The notes beneath the pieces are model-generated. The model was not told the DNA's origin. It did no database searches and was given only the letters and a program-made list of their open reading frames with translations. 64,000 nt of DNA from the NCBI GenBank assembly GCA_951406725.2, contig OX597814.1, forward strand, positions 92,938,001 through 93,002,000. The letters run 5' to 3'. Both the position numbers and the translations under genes were made by a program. Of the stretch, positions 56,258 through 64,000 are shown one piece after another (position 1 is the stretch's first letter; each line of letters opens with the position of its first letter). This stretch comes from Octopus vulgaris. Its lineage: Eukaryota.

Positions 56258-56648
56258 TCTATATATATAAAGCTGAAGTTGTCTGTGTATGGCAGGTTTG
56301 GTAGCCTTCAACTAACACTATCTCCTCCGAGACCCTGCGGCACAAGTTGACCAAATTTGAGAGTATGATAGAAGGCTTGCTCTTCCTTCCGTAGAAGAAA
56401 AATTTCAAATGGACCATGTTAACACCTAAATTATTTACATCTAAAAGGTGCTTTTTTTCTATGAAAATCCCTATTTTTTACGATTTTTTGACTGCTGTGT
56501 CGCCATTTTTCGGTGTATTTCAACCAGAAAAATGTTCACTTAAAGAGAATAACAAGCTACATGATGCAAAATTTTTACTTTTCAAAAATTCCAATTCTAA
56601 AGAGTCGAAAAGAAAACAAACCCGAGCAACGCCGGGCAATACTGCTAG
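56258..56648 (+). mobile_element. Non-autonomous Helitron
   Basis: TCTATATATATAAAG start, same hairpin and CTAG|T end. Confidence 0.8.
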
Positions 56649-56869
56649 TTTAATTATAAAAATATGTAATAGGATTTTTAAAACATCGAGTGGCTACGAA
56701 AGTCTATCGGAGGAAAATAGAAATCAAAGGGGGGTCCATTAGTAAAAATAAATGGTTGCGAACCACTGGTCTGCGAAAAGGAAACCCTGTCAGAAAACCA
56801 ACTCCTATTTCAGGCCCTGAAGTTTGAGTATTGGGCTAATCACCTATTCCTGAAAGAAAATAAAACAGG

Positions 56870-57255
56870 AAACACTTCTGACTATAGAATCTCCAAACAC
56901 TCGGAAGAATGTACAACACTCTGGAGAGACAATGGTTACTGACTTGGAAAGAGAAGGGAGCATGATGCGCTTGAATGAAAGCCGAGAGGAAGCTCAGGAG
57001 CCGATGATGACAACCATGACATGGGCCCCTGAAGGAAGGAGGAAGGGCAGAAAACCCAAGAACACCCGGAGAAGAACCGTTGGAAAAAAGACGGAAGGCA
57101 ATAGATGGAGAACGTGAAACTAGGTGCGAGCCACGACCATCGGCTGGGCAGCATGGAGAGAGAGAGAAAGAGAGAGGGAGAGAGAGAGAGAGAGAGAGAG
57201 GAAACCTCATATGGCTGCCACCTGGCACGAAATGGAAAGAAGAAGAAGAAGAAGA
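56870..57255 (+). mobile_element. RTE-type LINE 3' remnant
   Basis: MTWAPEGRRKGRKPKNTRRRTV (W.P.G.R..GRPK.TWRRTV) and a (GAA)n tail. Confidence 0.65.
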
Positions 57256-57919
57256 CGACGACTTGTTTGCAATGCGATCCTCAATAAAATATCCAGTCCT
57301 ATTTAAAATGGACTAAAATTCTGACCTCGCCGTTGTACATTCTGTGTATGTGTGTGTGTGTGTTAAAATTACATATAAAATTAATCTCATGTAAGATTAT
57401 TGAAGAGAATAAAAAGAAGTACGGAACACCTTTCAGTGGCATTCAACGAGGATATATATATTTTTTTTTAAGAAAGAAACAGGTCGAAATTATAACCGCC
57501 TCCGTATACACAAATAGCGCAGTAAAAATTCGAGTTATGTTGAAGCTCAAAAATGAAAACATTATCAAAACCACGTATTTAAGCTTTGTGCTGTTTAAAC
57601 TCCAGAAGTTGTGTTTTATCGTATTGTCGTATTTGCACTGTATCCAAAGAGAGGAAATAATCATATAATTATGAAGTAATAACCATTATATGCAAAAGGA
57701 TGCTTTGAGCGTCTTCATTTCATTTCACCGACTTTTGCTGACTTCTTTCCTATACTAAAGAGTTACTAAGAAAACATCTATAATTAGTATGTTGTGTGTT
57801 GTGATAGAATCCAAAGCAAATAAATATAGGAAAAAACAAAAATTGCTATGACGAACTTCTTTAAGTTGGTTGGAATTAATTTTCAGGACTTCTGCTACGC
57901 TTGATTATTTTTTGCTATG

Positions 57920-58560
<641 letters not shown>

Positions 58561-59289
58561 CCGGCACAATAGTTTACAATGAACAAGACCTAAGGTCAAT
58601 CTGTCATGTCCAACAATTTTCAAAGAGAGGTTTGAAGCCAAAGTTCATTTTGTAATTCTAATACCATCTGTCGGTTTTGTGTTCATAAAAATTCCACCAA
58701 AAGAACCTTCGTTATTAATTTTGAAACACAAACGAAAATCATCATCATCATCATCATCATCACCGTCGTTATCGTTATTATTGTTGTTGTTGTTGTTGTA
58801 TGCACTCAAAGTAACAGGACGAGATTGATTGGATGAGATCGATTGGAAAATTACCTACTAATGTCACATGTCTAAGTGGTTAATTGGTTAACCAATGAAG
58901 TTCCAGATGTCGAGAATGGAATTCTTCAGTTCCCTGTCATGTCTATTGTTTAAATTTAATATAAACAATTAAAACACATCATTTTCAATGGAATTTTTCC
59001 AAAATCTTTCTACTGCAACACCATATATATATATAAAGGTAAATAAAACTCTTACAAATGGTTTTTAATGATAATTTTTATTTGTTCTACTACCATATAT
59101 CAAAAAAATTACAAACAGAAAAAATGTTACAAAGACTGAAATCTGCCATTAGTTATGAACTTTTACCAGGAAGGTAGGTGAAATCATGATATATAATTAA
59201 GCAAATTTAAAGAAATCTTTAAGAGGTGAAAAAAAAATAGAAGAGAAAATATTATTAGTGCTTTTATTATTATTCATTATTTTTGTGCG

Positions 59290-59930
59290 TAAGGTGGCGA
59301 GCTGGCAGAATCGTTAGCGTGTCGGTCAAAATGCTTAATGGCGTTTTCCTCGGCTTTTTACGTTCTGAGTTCAGATTTAACGGGGGTCGATCTAGCTTTT
59401 CATTCCTTTCAGAGACGATGAAATAAGTACCTGTTTTACCCTGGTGTTGGTGTAATAGTCTAATTCCTTCTCCTGAAAATTGCTGGCTTTTTGCCAAAGT
59501 TTGAAATTATTGTTATCATCCTTAACTTTCAGTGTAGGCTGGCATGCTGGCAAGCCGGGAAAAATACTTAGCGGCGTTTCGTCCGTCTTTACGTTCTGAG
59601 TTCAAACTCCTCCGAAGTCGACTTTGCCTTTCATCTTTCGGACTCGTTAAAATAAGTACCAGTTGAGTACTGGTGTTGATACAATCAATTTACTCCCACC
59701 GCCGAACTTGCTGGGCTTGTGCCAAAATTTGCAACCATTATTAGCTTTTGGTGAAAGGTGACGTGTTGGAAGAATCGTTAGCGCATCGGACGAAAATGAT
59801 TAACGGCATTTCTCCCAGCTCTTTTTATGTTTTGAGATCAAACTTCACTGAAGTCGAGTTTGAAATTCCTCCTTTCGAGGTCGATAAAATATGTACCATC
59901 TGTATACTGAGCTTCATGTAATCAATTAGT
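59290..59930 (+). mobile_element. Three tandem old-subfamily family B SINEs
   Basis: Each has a diverged head and Meta domain; the first two end in the TTGCTGG...GCCAAA.TTTG.AA tail. Confidence 0.7.
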
Positions 59931-60462
59931 TTCCTCTCTCTAAAATATGCTAATGTTTGTATGGTTTAAATATTTGTTTTACCGGTCAATATTTTTCCAT
60001 ATTAGAAATTGTATCTTGTTTCTTTCAAAAATATAAACACGACTCATCTGAAACATATCTCTATCATTTCATTTTTGTATTTCGTTTGCGAGATTCTTGC
60101 TGAGACAGATTTTGTTTTATCTCGAGAGGGTCATTTTACCAATAATAAACACAAGCACTGGTTCTATATATTTGTCAAGTTCTCTCTACTATATGTCAGC
60201 TTTAGGTCTGTCTGTCTATGTGCACGTGGACATGTCTTATAAGACGGAGAGGAAGGAAGTCAGTTGGTACGATGATTCGGGGAGCGGATTGCCAATGAGG
60301 GGCCGTGACTATCTCCCAGACCACTGTATGTATGTATGTATGTATGTATGTATGTATGTATGTATGTATGTATGTATATGGCACTCCGTATGTATATATG
60401 TATACGTACGACGACGAGGGTTCCTATTGATCCAATCAACGAAACAGCCTACTCGTCTGTTT

Positions 60463-61374
60463 ATTTCTTTATTACCCACTAGGGGCGACATAGAGTACAC
60501 ATACAATCACGAATGATGAAACAATTATGAACATTTGGGGTCGGTTAAAAATCGGAAAATGAATAATAAATCGGATGATTACACAAAGACAAAATTAACA
60601 AAATTACAAAATGCAGTGGGGCGGGTCCGCGACCCCATGCTCCCCGCCACGACACTTAGCCTTGTGGTTTCCTTTTTCTTCCTATCTCGCATTTGTGAGG
60701 GATCTTTTACTCTCCACATTTTTCCATCTTTCATCAAACACTTTCTTACTCAGGCTCCTCCTCTCCAGTTCTATATGTCTTTTCAGGTGGAATTTAAAAT
60801 ATTCCACCAGACCTGAACCAGAGATGAAGTCGCCTGTTATCATCCCTTTCATCCTTGTCTTCCATACTACCTGTTTCGCAGTTGAAACCACGGCGAGAAA
60901 ACAAAACTTACCTTCTTTCGTTAAGAAATCAGGTGGGCTGATTTTTACAATAGATTCGGCTGATAGCTGTACTCTTCGTTCACCTGACATTAGTTGTTCG
61001 GCACAATCCCACATATCTTTCACCCCCGAACACTGCACGATCGCGTGCGAGACGGTTTCCCGTTCTCGCCCACATCTCGTACAGGTCGGGCTGACTTGGC
61101 AACCGTGCCTTGCAAGCTTGTCCCGAACAGGTAAGGCTCCTCGGTAGCACTGCCAAGCCAAAGACTTCTGGAAATTATCCAGTGTCTTCGGCCCGAATGT
61201 ACGTTGGAACAGACTGGCCAGCTGATTATCGTCGAAACCTAGGGTTTCCCCTAGCGTATCATCGTTACCGGCCTCTACAAACCCTCTATAAAACACAGCG
61301 GTAGAACCACTGCCGCAGGCATTACCCGAGCGACGGAATAGTCGGAGTGCTTTGCGACACTCCGTATACCACGT
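60463..61374 (-). mobile_element. 5'-truncated L1/Tx1-clade LINE (zf-RVT C-terminus plus 3' UTR)
   Basis: 16-bp TSD GCCTACTCGTCTGTTT (60447-60462, 61375-61390); frame open from 61374 to 60682 with WQCYRGALPVRDKL..CTRCG.ERETVSHAIVQC. Confidence 0.92.
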
Positions 61375-62265
61375 GCCTACTCGTCTGTTTGTCTATCTCT
61401 TATCTCTCATCTATTTATTTGTATGCCTGTCTGTCTCCGTCTCACTCTCTTTCTCTGTCCGTCTGCCTGTCAATCCCTCATTTCTCTGTGTACCGTCGTA
61501 AGGAGAATGATTTTTTTATGCTAAAACCAAAGAATTCATTTCCTCTAAAGGGAGGGTCTCACTAATTTTCTTCACAGTTCCTTTTTCATTTTTAATCGCC
61601 GCAGAGCATCGCTCGTTTCCTCGGACACAAAATTTTGCTTCTGTTTAATTTTTTTTTAGTGACCGTAATTGTTTCTATCAACCTGTCATTAGATCCCAGT
61701 CTTGTGTGTATGTGAATGTGTGTGTGTATGTGTGTGTGTGTTTTAATTATATGGACTCTATCTAATGGGCAGTTAGCCTCTTCTTCGTTTAACTGCTCAC
61801 TCACAGATAAAGAATTCCTTAGCCACAACCGATTTAAGACCAAAAACAAATTAGAGAGACAAAAGAATCGAAGCCATTGTTGGTTCTGTGATCACTGGTT
61901 CACTTTCCACTTTCTAATTTTTAGAAATACCTGTGTCCCTGCCGTGTCGAGAGCAGCTTTGATTAACTATTAAACAATACATGCATAATGTGCTTAGAAC
62001 ACCAAAAGAGACATTAGAAAGATTTTCTTTTCTATTCCACAACCATATTTACTATTATGCAAATGATAAAATTATAGCAGCTTTTGTTTTTCATTGATAA
62101 AAGAAAAAACTTTGAAAATGTGTATATTTCTTTTCTCGCTCTAAAGCATTGGTCTCCACCCTTTCATGTACTACAGAGTGGTTTCATACAAGACTATTTT
62201 CCTACAGACCGGGAGATAATGCGCATAAAATAAAATAGAAAAAACCCAATACAGTGTATAACATA

Positions 62266-62487
62266 CAGGGGTGGACAAATGTAGGTATACACTTGGTTAA
62301 GATGAATATAATGTTCTTTTCATTTCTTTCTTTCTTTTTTTTTTATACCTAAGTGATTCAAATGTCGACTTAGGGATCTGTGGGAGATGCCCTAGTTCAC
62401 TGGAAGCCCTTTTTAAAAAACAATTTCTGGTGACTTTGAGTGTCTGCTTGAGTCAAGCAACTGTAAACCTGCCTTTGCCCACTCCTG
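62266..62487. mobile_element. Tc1/mariner-type MITE
   Basis: TA|CAGGGGTGGACAAA...TTTGCCCACTCCTG|TA. Confidence 0.7.
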
Positions 62488-63574
62488 TATAATTTAATTA
62501 TTATAAGGATAATACATATGTATTGTATATATAATCTACATATAATGCAAAAACACTCAACAGATTGCAATAATAGAATAGAAATAACATTTTTTTAATT
62601 ATTCTTTCTATGCACCCGGGACCAAATGGTCCGCAGTCTGGTGGTTAGAAACCCGGGCGCCATTTGCAAAGACTTGGAAAATTTACATTTTCTTGTTGAT
62701 CTAGTTATAAATAAATACGTAATGTGTCCATAATGCTTACAACTATTTTGTGCTAAATAAATATAATTTTAAAAATTATTAAAAAAAAAAAAAGAAGAAA
62801 AGCAGTCTATATTCAGTATAGTTGCGGGATCTGACCTGAGGAATGAACTCGAAGAAAACGGTATTTTTAATTATATTATTTCACATTTAGCACATTATTA
62901 TGACTTAATGTCTTGTCAGAATGATAATGGAAGGGTCGAGAGGGCAACATTGTTAGACTGTGCTTAGAAAATTAGTTGACCTTAATCCGGCCCTGTTCGG
63001 AAATTACATTAAAGGAGGGAAAATAGTCTAAATATAGAGAACTGAGTAATTAACGTCAACAGCTTGTTTATCTAAATATAAACAATTTACATAGTAAGTA
63101 GTAGTAAATACGAGTAATTAAAATAGAATATTGATTTCCACAATCTGACCAAATAGGTTTTGTACTATTAACAGATAAACAGTGGACGACATTTCATAAA
63201 TATCTCGCATCTATCGTACTATCATCTAAGCTACGTATTGCACTATTCTATATTATATTGATTTTGAGTGATTCAGCATCAACGGCGCGGGGGAAGGTGG
63301 GGGTGTTATGTGAGAATCACGGACGATCCACTGATTCAATATGGCTTCGAATAACGAGCAGAAAACTTGACTGTTCGTACACTAGCTTGTACACTAGCGA
63401 GTAGCATTTATAACCAAGACATTTATTTCTCAACTGTCCGGTCCATTTAGCTTCAAGTCGGTTCTGTAAGAGAAGGAGCTGCGGCTTTTAGCTACGCCTT
63501 CTGTTTTTTTTTTTAAAATTCTGCTGAGGTTGGCTTTGCCTTCATTTTCCTGGCGGTCGAATTTAATTAATGTT

Positions 63575-63962
63575 TACTCTTTTACTTGTTTCAGTCATTT
63601 GACTGCGGCCATGCTGGAGTACCGCCTTTAAGTCGAGCAAATCGACTCTAGGACTTATTCTTTGTGAGCCTAGTACTTATTCTATCGGTCTCTTTTGCCG
63701 AACCGCTAAGTTACGGGGACGTAAACACACCAGCATCGGTTGTCAAGCGATGTTGGGGGGACAAACACAAACACTAAAACATATACACACACATACATAC
63801 ATATTTATACATATATACGACGGGCTTCTTTCAGTTTCCGTCTACCAAATCCACTCACAAGGCTTTGGTTGGCCCGAGGCTATAGTAGAAGACACTTGTA
63901 CAAGGTGACACGCAGTGGGAATGAACCCGGGACCATGTGGTTGGTAAGCAAGCTACTTACCA
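63575..63962 (-). mobile_element. SINE family A
   Basis: Family A tail, core and head in reverse complement. Confidence 0.85.
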
Positions 63963-64000
63963 GATTTTCAAACACAAATTTCAGTTATTCTGTTACGTGA

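Overview
AT-rich, repeat-dense eukaryotic genomic DNA. The SINE repertoire and microsatellite content look like Octopus or another coleoid cephalopod (inference). The only host gene I can support is the 5' part of an anillin (ANLN) gene on the minus strand: five phase-consistent coding exons at 17650-17633, 7935-7806, 5859-5743, 5464-5296 and 302-<1, with a CDE/CHR-type cell-cycle motif upstream. Intron 1 holds a 195-codon same-strand ORF and a 44-nt candidate linker exon, which together could encode an alternative N-terminus. The rest is transposon-derived: a young non-autonomous LTR element (tRNA-Trp PBS), solo LTRs, CRE-like, Tx1/L1-like and RTE LINE remnants, mariner and hAT transposase remnants, piggyBac, Merlin-like and Tc1 MITEs, Helitrons, and several tRNA-derived SINE families. 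Most notable are (i) a tRNA-headed element carrying a minimal hammerhead ribozyme with a Penelope-style inverted 5' repeat (39275-39662), and (ii) a Meta-domain SINE whose young tail matches the Tx1-like LINE 3' end and which repeatedly forms single-head multimers at one exact internal junction. Most ORFs in the supplied track are repeat artefacts. All comparisons were made by eye, without database searches.
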